Part shown: one piece after another, positions 19,410 to 29,022 of the stretch
How the letters are laid out: each line of letters starts with the position of its first letter
How positions within the stretch are numbered: the stretch's first letter is position 1
Assembly (NCBI GenBank): GCA_041697335.1
Contig: JBGUGD010000012.1
Location: forward strand, 1-64,000
Direction: 5' to 3'
From: Vampirovibrionaceae bacterium NZW_1234
GTDB lineage: Bacteria > Cyanobacteriota > Vampirovibrionia > Vampirovibrionales > JAGQHJ01
DNA length: 64,000 nt
Program-made: the position numbers and the translations under genes
Notes under the pieces: model-generated
Database searches by the model: none
What the model was told of the DNA's origin: nothing
Seen by the model: the letters and a program-made list of their open reading frames with translations, nothing else

Positions 19410-20462
19410 TTAAGACTGGGTTGTCGGGTGTGATTCTGCAACCGCGGCCCGTGAGGACACGTTGTCATAAATGTCTTTTGAAATTTGTTGAATCAGATCC
19501 TTGGCCCCGTAGTTGTTGAAAGGGCGCTCGACCTGTATGGCCAGAATATACTTGGCACCATTGGGCAGGGTGATGAGACCCGAATTGCCCAGAGATGTCC
19601 CAATGTCTCCTGTCTTATGGGCCACTTGGGTCCCTTTGGGCAGTAGGGCAGGGATCAAGCCTCTGTTATGCGTGCCTGTTAAAATGTCCAGTGCCCGGGT
19701 TTTGGATTCTTCGGTCAACATCTCTGACTGATCAATGTTGTAAAGCACCATCGCCATATCTTGCATGGAAATCACGTTGGTACCACCCAGGTCTGGCAGC
19801 CAGTTTCCTAGGTGGGTTCGCTGGAGTCCAAGCTCTTTAAACTGGGAGTTTAGTGCGTCAACACCCCCTAAATGATAAATCAGCATATTGGTGCAACTGT
19901 TGTCACTGGTTTGAATCATTTGCCGAGCGACTTCAATGGCAGGCAAAGGCTGGCCGGTGGCTTTGAATTGGAGTGAGCCGGAACCGGCGGCTTGTTCGAA
20001 ATCCTGGTAAAGCAAGTGCTGATATGGGGTTAAGTTTCCGGCGTCCACGTCGCGAAAAAAGGCCATCAAAATGGGCAGTTTGATGACACTGGCGGCAGCC
20101 ACCGCATCGGTGCCTCGAACGCTGACATAGCTTTGATCTTGCAAATTGTAATAAAAGAGGTGAGGGACCAGGTTGGTCGGATAGGCGGCCAAACGCTGTT
20201 CAATTATCGCCTTTAATGAGGTGTCTTCCTGGCGTAAGGGCAATGTTGCCAAACTTGGGTGATTGACCTTGTCAAACCGGTCCACAATCTCGGGACGGTA
20301 AAACTGCTCAGGAGTTTTAATGTCTTGATTCTTGGGACCATAGCCGGCGGCAATGTTCCAAACGAGCACAGAGGAAAAAAGCAACCCCCCCAGGCCCATC
20401 ATCATAAGGCGCTGGCGGTGTCGTTGCCTGGCGAGGCGTTGTTGTCTCGAACGTGCTTGCAT
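19410..20462 (-). CDS. Membrane-anchored serine hydrolase, class A beta-lactamase-like family
   Basis: AASVIK (SxxK), SDN, HKTG; N-terminal TM helix. Confidence 0.9.
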   Translation of the reverse strand: MQARSRQQRLARQRHRQRLMMMGLGGLLFSSVLVWNIAAGYGPKNQDIKTPEQFYRPEIVDRFDKVNHPSLATLPLRQEDTSLKAIIEQRLAAYPTNLVPHLFYYNLQDQSYVSVRGTDAVAAASVIKLPILMAFFRDVDAGNLTPYQHLLYQDFEQAAGSGSLQFKATGQPLPAIEVARQMIQTSDNSCTNMLIYHLGGVDALNSQFKELGLQRTHLGNWLPDLGGTNVISMQDMAMVLYNIDQSEMLTEESKTRALDILTGTHNRGLIPALLPKGTQVAHKTGDIGTSLGNSGLITLPNGAKYILAIQVERPFNNYGAKDLIQQISKDIYDNVSSRAAVAESHPTTQS

Positions 20463-20602
20463 ATTTTTACTATAGCAGTTTTTTTCAGACTTTTGACTCC
20501 CTCTGGCGAATCAATCTCAACTGGCCGCGAGGAGTCATATTATTACTATAGTAGGGGGCATGACCTTGGCCGCAAAGATCCAGATGGCGGATGGCAAGGG
20601 CG

Positions 20603-21979
20603 TTATTTCTGATGCAAGTTTTTAATCTGATCCGTAATTTCCTGAACCTGTTGTTTCAGTGTCAGGTCTTCAGCCAGAAGCTCTTTCATTTTTTCGTAGG
20701 AGTAAAGCATGGTGGTGTGGCGACGTCCGCCAAAGAGTTGGCCAATCTGGGGGAAGCTGGCCTCGGCCAGTTCTCGCACGATATAGACGCCGACCTGACG
20801 AGCTGCTGCAATGTGCTTGGTCCGCAAGGGGCTTTGTAAATCGGTGCGCTTAAGGTGATAGTAATGGGCTACCACATCCAGCATATCCTCAAGGGAAATC
20901 CGGGAGGGATCGAAGCGCTTGCCAAGAAGGGCCTGGGCTTGAGGCAAATCAATGTCACAGTGGGTGAGCATCCGATAGGCGGAAATTTTGTTGAGTGCCC
21001 CTTCCAATTCCCGGATGTTGGTGGGAAAACTTTCGGCCACGTATTGGACCACGTCGCCGGGTAAGTGCAGTTCCAACTGTTGGGCTTTTCGTTGCAGAAT
21101 AGCGACCCGGGTTTCAAAGTCTGGTGGCTGAATATCGGCAATAAGGCCCCAGGAGAACCGGCTTCTTAAACGATCTTCCAGGCGAGAAAGTCGGTCGGGT
21201 GCCCGATCGCTGGAAATCACAATCTGCTTTCCGGCTTGGTGTAAGGCGTTAAAGGTATGGAATATCTCTTCTTGCGTGCGATCCTTGCCTTCAAGAAATT
21301 GGATATCGTCAATAATCAACAGATCAATGCGCCGGTAGCGATCCCGGAAACTTTTCATGTCCTGGTTTCCCAGGGCTGTAATGAGATCGTTGGTAAACTG
21401 CTCGGTAGTGACGTATTTGACCTTGCATTCCGGACGATGGTGTTGAATAAAGTGACCAATAGCTTGCATGAGGTGGGTTTTGCCTAAACCGACACCGCCA
21501 TAAAGGAATAAGGGGTTATAACTTTGAGCCGGTGACTCTGCCACGGCCAGAGCAGCGGCATGGCAAAATCGGTTGTGGTTTCCGACGACAAACTGATCAA
21601 AGGTGTACTTGGGATTTAATTGGCTGCGGTTGGCTTTGGGGGTCCAGGTGTTTTTACGGGTTGTTTCTTCGATTAAAATGGCCTGACTTTCCGGAGAGTC
21701 TTGCACATCCTGGGCGTTAATCTCAATCTCGATTTGAGGCAAAGCGGGCAAATCCAAGACACTGGCAAAGGCCCGAGTCAGTTGATCCCGGTAGTTCTTT
21801 AAAATCCAATCTCGGTTAAAACTGCTGGTGGTGGCCAGGGTAATTTTCTCCGATTGCACATGGACAACATGCAAGGGTGCAATCCAGGTTTCAAAGCTCG
21901 GGGCAGTTAACTGGCCTTTAAGAACTTCCTGGACGGCCTCCCACGCAGTGAGCCGTTGTTGCTCTGTCATTGATTCCAT
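20603..21979 (-). CDS. dnaA: Chromosomal replication initiator DnaA
   Basis: LNPKYTFDQFVVG, YNPLFLYGGVGLGKTHL, IDDIQF, NIRELEGAL, FGGRRHTT; start placed at ATG 21979 (AGGAG upstream); ORF track extends to 22042. Confidence 0.97.
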   Translation of the reverse strand: MESMTEQQRLTAWEAVQEVLKGQLTAPSFETWIAPLHVVHVQSEKITLATTSSFNRDWILKNYRDQLTRAFASVLDLPALPQIEIEINAQDVQDSPESQAILIEETTRKNTWTPKANRSQLNPKYTFDQFVVGNHNRFCHAAALAVAESPAQSYNPLFLYGGVGLGKTHLMQAIGHFIQHHRPECKVKYVTTEQFTNDLITALGNQDMKSFRDRYRRIDLLIIDDIQFLEGKDRTQEEIFHTFNALHQAGKQIVISSDRAPDRLSRLEDRLRSRFSWGLIADIQPPDFETRVAILQRKAQQLELHLPGDVVQYVAESFPTNIRELEGALNKISAYRMLTHCDIDLPQAQALLGKRFDPSRISLEDMLDVVAHYYHLKRTDLQSPLRTKHIAAARQVGVYIVRELAEASFPQIGQLFGGRRHTTMLYSYEKMKELLAEDLTLKQQVQEITDQIKNLHQK

Positions 21980-22266
21980 GGTGCTGAACACTCCTTCTCT
22001 CATCAGGACGCGGCGTAACCCCGTTCCAATAAACCAAGCCAAGCCAAAACGAGGTGTTTCCTAAACATCTTTCTTGAATGTTACAATGTATAAACTGTTT
22101 TGACGGTTATCTCCAACAGAACCGTTGCTGTCTGTCCTCCTCATTTGGACCGACTGCTTGGTTAGTGTATCATGCCCGTATTCGAAAAAAAGATTTCGTA
22201 TCAATTGTTTTACATGGTAACCTTGTAGCAATACCGGTATTCACAGACAAAGGAGTCATTCCCCTT

Positions 22267-22401
22267 ATGAAACGTACGCTTGAAGGAACGAAATACAAAA
22301 GAAGAAGAGTCAGCGGGTTTCGTGCACGCATGGCAACCGTGGGTGGCCGTAAAACATTGAATCGCCGCCGGGCCAAGGGGCGTCATAAAATCGCTATTTA
22401 A
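22267..22401 (+). CDS. rpmH: 50S ribosomal protein L34
   Basis: [50 protein letters not shown] upstream. Confidence 0.97.
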   Translation: MKRTLEGTKYKRRRVSGFRARMATVGGRKTLNRRRAKGRHKIAI

Positions 22402-22769
22402 TGCTTCCCAAGGCATTTCGACTCACCCATCGCGTTCTTTTTAAAAAGACCATGGGGGCTGGTCGGTCACTCTGCCAGAACCCCTATTTTCTGGTGCTTG
22501 GATTGCCTCGTGTTACAGAGGCCCCATCCCCAACGCGCTATGGCTTTGTTGTGAGCAAGAAAGTTAGTAACAGAGCGGTGCATCGTAATACCGTCAAACG
22601 ACGGCTGCGTGAAATTGTTCGCCAAGACGTTCTTGTGCGTCACCCAGAGGTTTTTCAGCCTTATGTCGCTATTGTCGTGATTGCCAGGAAGGATGCGCTC
22701 ACGGCATCCTATCAACAGATGCAACACGCCATGATGAAGTGCCTTCAGAAACAGGGGCCACAAAATTAG
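22401..22769 (+). CDS. rnpA: Ribonuclease P protein component
   Basis: RYGFVVSKKVSNRAVHRNTVKRRLRE; follows rpmH. Confidence 0.95.
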   Translation: MLPKAFRLTHRVLFKKTMGAGRSLCQNPYFLVLGLPRVTEAPSPTRYGFVVSKKVSNRAVHRNTVKRRLREIVRQDVLVRHPEVFQPYVAIVVIARKDALTASYQQMQHAMMKCLQKQGPQN

Positions 22770-23024
22770 ATGTTGAAAACCTGTGTTCTTGGTTTAATTA
22801 AGATCTATCAGATGGGGTCCCGGCTGTTTCCGCCAAAATGTCGGTTTTACCCCTCCTGTTCTACTTATACGGCACAAGCCGTCGAACGCCACGGTGTCCT
22901 GATAGGAGCTGTTCTGGCTATCGGGCGTCTGAGCCGTTGTCATCCTTTACACCCTGGTGGCCTTGATCCGGTCCCTGCCCAACCGCCGGGCTTTTTCAAG
23001 AAGATGAAGAAAAGGAGCGCCTAA
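22770..23024 (+). CDS. yidD: Membrane protein insertion efficiency factor YidD
   Basis: CRFYPSCSTY...RCHPLHPGGLDPVP. Confidence 0.95.
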   Translation: MLKTCVLGLIKIYQMGSRLFPPKCRFYPSCSTYTAQAVERHGVLIGAVLAIGRLSRCHPLHPGGLDPVPAQPPGFFKKMKKRSA

Positions 23025-23029
23025 GACCC

Positions 23030-24133
23030 GTGTTTGACCTTATTACCCAAAGCATGCTCTTCCTGTTGGAAACCCTGAAGTCTCTGGTTGGAGACTATGG
23101 ATGGGCCATTATTGCCTTGACCGTGCTGGTTCGCTTGGCTCTGTGGCCATTGTCCAAGTCTCAAATGAAGTCCATGAAGATGATGCAGGAACTGCAACCC
23201 AAGATGAAAATGTTGCAGGAACGCTACAAGGCAGATCCACAGACACTGCAAGTGGAAATGATGAAGCTCTACAAGGACTACAAGTTTAATCCTCTGGGGG
23301 GCTGCTTGCCGATGCTCGTGCAGTTGCCCTTGTTTATCGGGTTGTATTGGGCCATCTCCAGTCCGCATTTTATGACGGATCAGGATCCGACCTTCATGAA
23401 CATCATTCACTTGAAGCATACCGGTGTCGTCAGCCACAGTGGCGATTCCTTTGATGGAAAGATGAGTCTTGGCGAAAATGGCGGTGGGTTTCTCGGCGTG
23501 GGCAAGGATAAGCTTGAGGCTGGCGCCGATATGACCATCAGCTTGAATGACGGGAAAAGTTTCGAGCAGAAGTTACAACATGCGAACAAGGCTCTGGTTA
23601 TTCTGCCGAAAGAGCCTCGCCCGGGCGTGCCGTTGACCATTACAACCACCTTTGAGAAATTGGGGTTGGAAGGATACGAAAGCGTTGCCAAAACCATTAC
23701 CCTGCCTGTGGTGAATACGGGCACGAAAGAAACGGAGCGCATTACCTTTACGTCGAAAGGCAAAGGCCAGCCCCTGGAAACCACGTTGGAGTCGACTCCA
23801 GGTAAAACGGTCCCTCACTACGATGTACTCGTGTTGGTTATCCTCTTTGCTATTACCATGATCTGGTCTCAACGTATGATGACCAGCCAGGCGGCCTCCA
23901 CGGCAAGCGATCAGCAACAGCAATTGATGAAGTTTATGCCGATAATGTTTTCGGTCTTTCTCTTCATCTTTCCCATTCCGGCGGGGGTACTCCTTTATAT
24001 GGACACCAACAGCTTGTTCCAGATCTTCCAGACCTGGATGTTTCAGCGAGAGTCGAGTACACCAGCGGATTCTAAGGCAAACCCGCCTTCCCAACGGGTA
24101 TTAGACATTAAGCCCGATACCCCGCAAGCATAA
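23030..24133 (+). CDS. yidC: Membrane protein insertase YidC with cyanobacterial-type soluble insert
   Basis: YGWAIIALTVLVRLAL.PL, NPLGGCLPMLVQLP, PAGVLLY. Confidence 0.95.
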   Translation: MFDLITQSMLFLLETLKSLVGDYGWAIIALTVLVRLALWPLSKSQMKSMKMMQELQPKMKMLQERYKADPQTLQVEMMKLYKDYKFNPLGGCLPMLVQLPLFIGLYWAISSPHFMTDQDPTFMNIIHLKHTGVVSHSGDSFDGKMSLGENGGGFLGVGKDKLEAGADMTISLNDGKSFEQKLQHANKALVILPKEPRPGVPLTITTTFEKLGLEGYESVAKTITLPVVNTGTKETERITFTSKGKGQPLETTLESTPGKTVPHYDVLVLVILFAITMIWSQRMMTSQAASTASDQQQQLMKFMPIMFSVFLFIFPIPAGVLLYMDTNSLFQIFQTWMFQRESSTPADSKANPPSQRVLDIKPDTPQA

Positions 24134-24163
24134 TCCTGGAAAGAACAACGCACAACAGCATTT

Positions 24164-24205
24164 CACTCCGGCTTTGGGATTAACCTGGCCGGAGTGGTGT
24201 TTTTT
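24164..24205 (+). terminator. Terminator of the rpmH-yidC operon
   Basis: CACTCCGGC-loop-GCCGGAGTG followed by a T run. Confidence 0.7.
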
Positions 24206-24314
24206 GTGACTAAATGTAACAATTTTACGAGGTACTCTTGTTGAAACGGTGTTTCCGGTCGATAACAGAGTTATATATTTATTCGTGAATTTAGAAGAAG
24301 GCCAACCACCCTCG

Positions 24315-24920
24315 ATGAGACGACCCTCTGCCCAACCCGGCTTTACCCTGAGTAAGCTTTTAGTTGCCACCGTTCTTGTGGCCGGCATTGGCGTCAGCAT
24401 TTATCCGACACTCCAATCGGCAACAACCCAGCGGGTCAATTCCGTGGTCATGGACTCGGTCTCCCACGTGTCAAATGCTTACCAAGCTTATCGCAACAGG
24501 TACGATGCCGGTGGCCATACCCGGATGCAGGATTTAGTCCAGTTTATGGGGGCTTCTCAAAAAGATACGGTTTCTGAAATTGACGGCTATCCCAACATTA
24601 GTTCTGGACAGCAGACGCTTTCATGCAGCAACAAAGATGTGACCTGTCTGCGGTTTTCCAATGGGGCCGTGGTCCTGTTCCCCACTCAGGCGGCTTTTGG
24701 CCAGACGAACGAAAACAATGCCTTGCCTTTTCTGGTGGATCCGGATGGTATGGTTAGTTCCGTCAAATCCGTCGGCTTTGCCCTATACTATTCCGGCCAG
24801 TTTCGCTCAGGTGGTACCTATTTGCCCGATACGGTCTACTATGAAAATGGTCAGGAGGCGAAGCCTCATTTAAACCCCAATCCGCAGTACGATCCCCATT
24901 GGTTTACCTGGGATCAGTAG
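24315..24920 (+). CDS. Type IV pilin/pseudopilin-like protein
   Basis: MRRPSAQPG|FTLSKLLVATVLVAGIG class III signal-like N-terminus; two Cys in the globular part. Confidence 0.7.
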   Translation: MRRPSAQPGFTLSKLLVATVLVAGIGVSIYPTLQSATTQRVNSVVMDSVSHVSNAYQAYRNRYDAGGHTRMQDLVQFMGASQKDTVSEIDGYPNISSGQQTLSCSNKDVTCLRFSNGAVVLFPTQAAFGQTNENNALPFLVDPDGMVSSVKSVGFALYYSGQFRSGGTYLPDTVYYENGQEAKPHLNPNPQYDPHWFTWDQ

Positions 24921-25096
24921 CGAACACTTGAATGCTGTGTTCAGCGGCAACAACTCTTTTACTCATGAGTACCGCATCAACCAACGTTTTCAGGCATAGC
25001 CCATGAGGCGTCGATAAATGACGCCGACAGGCCAACACCTGTTGTGGGGTTCACGAAAGAACACCAAAGGCCACTGAAGCAGATGATTTCGCTGAA

Positions 25097-26821
25097 TTAG
25101 AGGCCGAGGAAGTCCGGGCCCGAGCCTTGTTCAGTGGGCTTTACACGTAAGTTGGCTTCAGGGCAGACGATCTCACAGGTCCGGCACTGAATACAGTTTT
25201 CCAAGGACATGCCGTGAGTGCGGGTGCCTTCGAGAATATCCACTCGGTGAACTTCTGCCGTACAGTCAGACACACAGGGCGTATCTTTACCCAGGGAATC
25301 GTAGTGACGAATACAGGACACGCAGGTGGTGGCCTCAAACTCGTCAATATGACGGTTCTCTTCGTGGTATTTCGTGTAGGCGTAGAAAACCGCATCTTCC
25401 CGGGAGTAGACAGTATCCTTGGTAAACTGCGGGTTGGTCACCGACACCGGGGCCTTGAAGTCCGGATGAATGTATTCCCGACAATTCTTATAGCTCACCG
25501 GTCCCATGTCTTTTTTGCCGCTAAACATGGTCAGGACACGTAAGCCATCAAAGGGAGCGTTAAACGGGCGGCTAAGACCGGCCTGGACGGCTCCCATAAT
25601 CGGATTTCCGGCATCGACCCCTTTGGCAACCGTCGGCAGGTACTCGCCCAGCAATCTGGGGTTTTCCATAAAGGTCTGGCGGAAGTAGCGGCTCTCGTAC
25701 AAATCCTTCATAACAAAGGTATTTTGCATTCGCTGCTGATAATTGCTCAGCTTGGACTGGCTGAAGTCCTTGGCTTGAAGGGCGTCATGAATGGTGTGTG
25801 CGGCTTGGTAACCACACTCCATAGCCATATCAACCCCGGCCAGACGACGCGGGTTCAAAGTCCCCAGAGCATCACCTACCAAGAGCGCCCCGTCAACGGC
25901 AAATTTCTCGGGTAACGAGTAGTAGCCGCCTTCGGGCAGCAGCGCCGCGCCATACTTCACGAGGCGTCCTTCCTGGATCATGTTCTGAATCCAGGGGTGT
26001 TTTTTCATATCCTGCAGGCGTTGCTGTGGATTGATGTTCGGGTTATGGCTGTCCAAACTGATAATCAAGCCAATGGTCAGCCGGTTGTTCTTCATCCCGT
26101 AAACAAAGCCGCCACCGAAGGTGCCATCCAAAATGGGGTAGCCCATGGTGTGCCACACTTTGTTGCTGAAGTCACCAGGAATTTCCCAGAGTTCTTTAAC
26201 ACCCACAGACCAGAGCTGGGGGTTTTTCCGGAGATTGAATTTCTTGATCAGGTCTTGGGACAGAAAACCCTTGTCCCCAAAGACTGTGACATCGGCATAA
26301 ACATAGTCATCCATGGGGTTTTCGGTATGGCTGACCCGGACACCGACAACCTTATCCCCTTCATACATGATTTCATGAGCCGAGAAGCCCGGGAAGAAAT
26401 CGATGGTGATATGGGGAACCTCTTTAATGGTTTCTTTCAGGTGGTTTACCATCCAGTTGATCACGTGACTCAAGGTCAGAATCAGATACCCTTCTTTCTT
26501 AAACTCGTCGGGCATCAAGGGACGGGGGACATCCCATTTCTTTTGGGTGCCCATCACCGTGAAAAAGCTTTCCGAACAGACACCTTCAATGGGAAAACCA
26601 ATGTTTTCGTAGTCCGGGAAGAGCTTCTTGATCACGTGCGGATTGGAGACGGCACCACTGACAATGTGGCCGCCAAACTCACGGGCCTTTTCCAAAATGG
26701 CGATCGACAGCGGTTGACCGCTTTGTTTGGCCAAGGTAACCAGTTGATTTGCCAAAGCGAGGTTGGAGGAACTGCCGCCAACCAGAAGGACATCATATTT
26801 AATACGATCTGCGTCAGACAA
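25097..26821 (-). CDS. ETF:quinone oxidoreductase (FixC-like flavoprotein fused to FixX-like Fe-S domain)
   Basis: ILEKA...GGHIVSGA, GVKELW, GGGFVY, PEGG, LVGDA; C-terminal CIQCRTCEIVCP. Confidence 0.9.
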   Translation of the reverse strand: MSDADRIKYDVLLVGGSSSNLALANQLVTLAKQSGQPLSIAILEKAREFGGHIVSGAVSNPHVIKKLFPDYENIGFPIEGVCSESFFTVMGTQKKWDVPRPLMPDEFKKEGYLILTLSHVINWMVNHLKETIKEVPHITIDFFPGFSAHEIMYEGDKVVGVRVSHTENPMDDYVYADVTVFGDKGFLSQDLIKKFNLRKNPQLWSVGVKELWEIPGDFSNKVWHTMGYPILDGTFGGGFVYGMKNNRLTIGLIISLDSHNPNINPQQRLQDMKKHPWIQNMIQEGRLVKYGAALLPEGGYYSLPEKFAVDGALLVGDALGTLNPRRLAGVDMAMECGYQAAHTIHDALQAKDFSQSKLSNYQQRMQNTFVMKDLYESRYFRQTFMENPRLLGEYLPTVAKGVDAGNPIMGAVQAGLSRPFNAPFDGLRVLTMFSGKKDMGPVSYKNCREYIHPDFKAPVSVTNPQFTKDTVYSREDAVFYAYTKYHEENRHIDEFEATTCVSCIRHYDSLGKDTPCVSDCTAEVHRVDILEGTRTHGMSLENCIQCRTCEIVCPEANLRVKPTEQGSGPDFLGL

Positions 26822-27962
26822 CGGAACTTACCTCTTTTTGAGTGGATGATTGATTTTGTTTCAGTTGGCGAATCATTTCAGGAATCACCTGATAGACATC
26901 GCCAACAATGCCATGATGGGCAAACTTGAAGATCGGCGCATCAGCATCTTTATTAATGGCAATGATTAAATCGGCATTTTGCATTCCGACCCGGTGTTGA
27001 ATGGCCCCAGAAATGCCGCATGCAATGTACACTTTGGGACGAACCGTTTTACCGGTTTGACCGACTTGGTGATTATAGCCAATCCAGCCAGCATCCACCA
27101 CCTTGCGAGAGGCGCCAATGGTTGCGTTTTCGAAGCAGGAGGCCAATTCCTTCAGCAACGCAAAGCCGTCCGCATTACCCAAACCGTAGCCTCCGGCAAT
27201 AATCACATCGGCGTCGGTGAGCTTAATACCTTGGTTGACTTCCTTGAAGGTTTCAATGACGGCCAGTCGGTAGTCAGAGGGCTCCAGATTAACGGGCACC
27301 TGAACCACATTGCCTTCCCGCTGCCAATCGGGCTTAAGCGGAATCATGACACCAGGACGGGTGGTTGCCATCTGGGGATTCTTCCAAGGGCCTAAAATAC
27401 GGGCCTTTAAGCTCTCGCCGAAGCTGGGACGGATGGCGTATAGACAGTTCGCGTAAAGGCCGATTTTACTGGGGTCCGAACCGCCTTTGTGGTCATAAGG
27501 ACCGATATCCAACTCGGTGGTATCGGCGGTTAAGCCGGTTTTAAAGTGGGCCGCAATTCGGGGGGCCAAGTCTCGGCCGGTTGTCGTCGAGCCCAGGAGC
27601 ATGGTATGCGGCTCAACCTGCATTTGTTCCAGCCAGCTACAAATTACTCGGCGGTAGGGGAGGGTCCGATATTGCTCCAAATCCGGATGATCGGCAATAT
27701 AGACAATGTCTGCGCCATATGCAATCAGGGTCTTGGGTAATTCATTAATATTATGACCCAGAACAATGGCGCTGAGTGGACGTTGCAATTTATCGGCCAA
27801 TTTCCGACCGGCCCCTAGCAGTTCCAGGGCGACCGGTTGAATTTCACCAAAGCTTTGCTCGACAAAGACCAACACCTCGCCAATGGGTTGATTGGCATTT
27901 AAGGGCACGCGCTCTTCTTCGGGCTGCGGGGTGTTTTGTTGTTCGGGGGCTGTATCGCTCAT
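26814..27962 (-). CDS. etfA: Electron transfer flavoprotein alpha subunit (FixB-like)
   Basis: GRDLAPRIAA, GASRKVVDAGW, QVGQTGKTVRP, GISGAIQH..GM, AINKD. Confidence 0.95.
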   Translation of the reverse strand: MSDTAPEQQNTPQPEEERVPLNANQPIGEVLVFVEQSFGEIQPVALELLGAGRKLADKLQRPLSAIVLGHNINELPKTLIAYGADIVYIADHPDLEQYRTLPYRRVICSWLEQMQVEPHTMLLGSTTTGRDLAPRIAAHFKTGLTADTTELDIGPYDHKGGSDPSKIGLYANCLYAIRPSFGESLKARILGPWKNPQMATTRPGVMIPLKPDWQREGNVVQVPVNLEPSDYRLAVIETFKEVNQGIKLTDADVIIAGGYGLGNADGFALLKELASCFENATIGASRKVVDAGWIGYNHQVGQTGKTVRPKVYIACGISGAIQHRVGMQNADLIIAINKDADAPIFKFAHHGIVGDVYQVIPEMIRQLKQNQSSTQKEVSSVV

Positions 27963-28792
27963 GCTTTTGCGAACTCCTTCACGTTGGTGGATTCCATCAG
28001 CTCTTGAATCAGGGCATCAACAGATTTGCCTTGGTGCATGGTGCACTGACCGCCAATTTGGCCCACTTTGTCGGTGTGGGCAACGATGGTGGGTGACCCT
28101 TTCAAGCCACAAAGCTCGGGATCTGCACCTACATCGTCCAGGGTGATTGTATGAATGTATTGATTTTTCAAGTCTTCGTTGCGCATCAGCTCTTGTACCA
28201 GTCGGGCACCCCGGATGGTCTTGTACTCCAGGGGATGGTAGGCGTTGGCAACAGTAACCATGGCAGGCAGTTCGCTCATCACATCCTGGTGACCCCCTTC
28301 TACAATCCGACGGGCATGAAGCTTTCCGTCTTTAATCGAGAAGTCTTCACAGTAGGTGACCTGGGGCAAGTCCAGGCGCTCAGCAATCTGAGGGCCCACC
28401 TGGGCGGTGTCGCCATCGGTGGTTTGAAGGCCGCTAAAAATCAGATTGAAGTTGCCGATGTGTAAGATGCACTTATGCAATGCATATGCTGTTGCCAAGG
28501 TATCAGAGGCAGCCAGGCGACGGTCGGAGAGTAGGTACGCCTGATCGGCTCCATGCTCGATGGCTTCCAATAAAATCTCTACAGCTGGCGGTGGACCCAT
28601 GCTAAGGGCCGTAACTTTACCACCATACATCTTTTTGGTATGCAACGCAGCTTGCAAGGCAAACCGGTCGAACGGATTAAGCATCCGTTTTGCTTTGGCC
28701 CGGTCAATGGTACCATCCGGGTTCAGGCCCGCTTTGGAACTTGTATCGGGCACTTGTTTAATCAAGACAATAATGTCAGTTATTCCTGACAC
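27959..28792 (-). CDS. etfB: Electron transfer flavoprotein beta subunit (FixA-like)
   Basis: IKQVPDT, NPFD, SMGPP, DTLATAYAL, DGDTAQVGP, GSPT. Confidence 0.95.
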   Translation of the reverse strand: MSGITDIIVLIKQVPDTSSKAGLNPDGTIDRAKAKRMLNPFDRFALQAALHTKKMYGGKVTALSMGPPPAVEILLEAIEHGADQAYLLSDRRLAASDTLATAYALHKCILHIGNFNLIFSGLQTTDGDTAQVGPQIAERLDLPQVTYCEDFSIKDGKLHARRIVEGGHQDVMSELPAMVTVANAYHPLEYKTIRGARLVQELMRNEDLKNQYIHTITLDDVGADPELCGLKGSPTIVAHTDKVGQIGGQCTMHQGKSVDALIQELMESTNVKEFAKA

Positions 28793-29022
28793 AAGGCAGA
28801 TCCTCCAGATTCTCAGCGAGGGAACTTATCAATAGTCGTTTAATCACGGGGCTCGCATCATCTCGACCATAGACACAGGGGTATTATAACGACATTTGTC
28901 ATTAATAACCAGCCTAATACAAATTTAGGAGAGCAACACCGAATGATCAAGCAAAACTTTTATCAAGATTGTCATGGGACGGCGAGGATGCTTTGCGGAC
29001 TCATCCTGAAGAAGGATTTAAA

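Noticed and set aside
19410..20462. Acquired antibiotic-resistance beta-lactamase
   Set aside because: Membrane-anchored cyanobacterial-type serine hydrolase in core context; resistance not supported.
25997..26929. 310-aa plus-strand ORF and similar long antisense ORFs (42990-43865, 48153-48992, 7945-8499, 11047-11553)
   Set aside because: Shadow frames opposite well-supported genes; no motifs.
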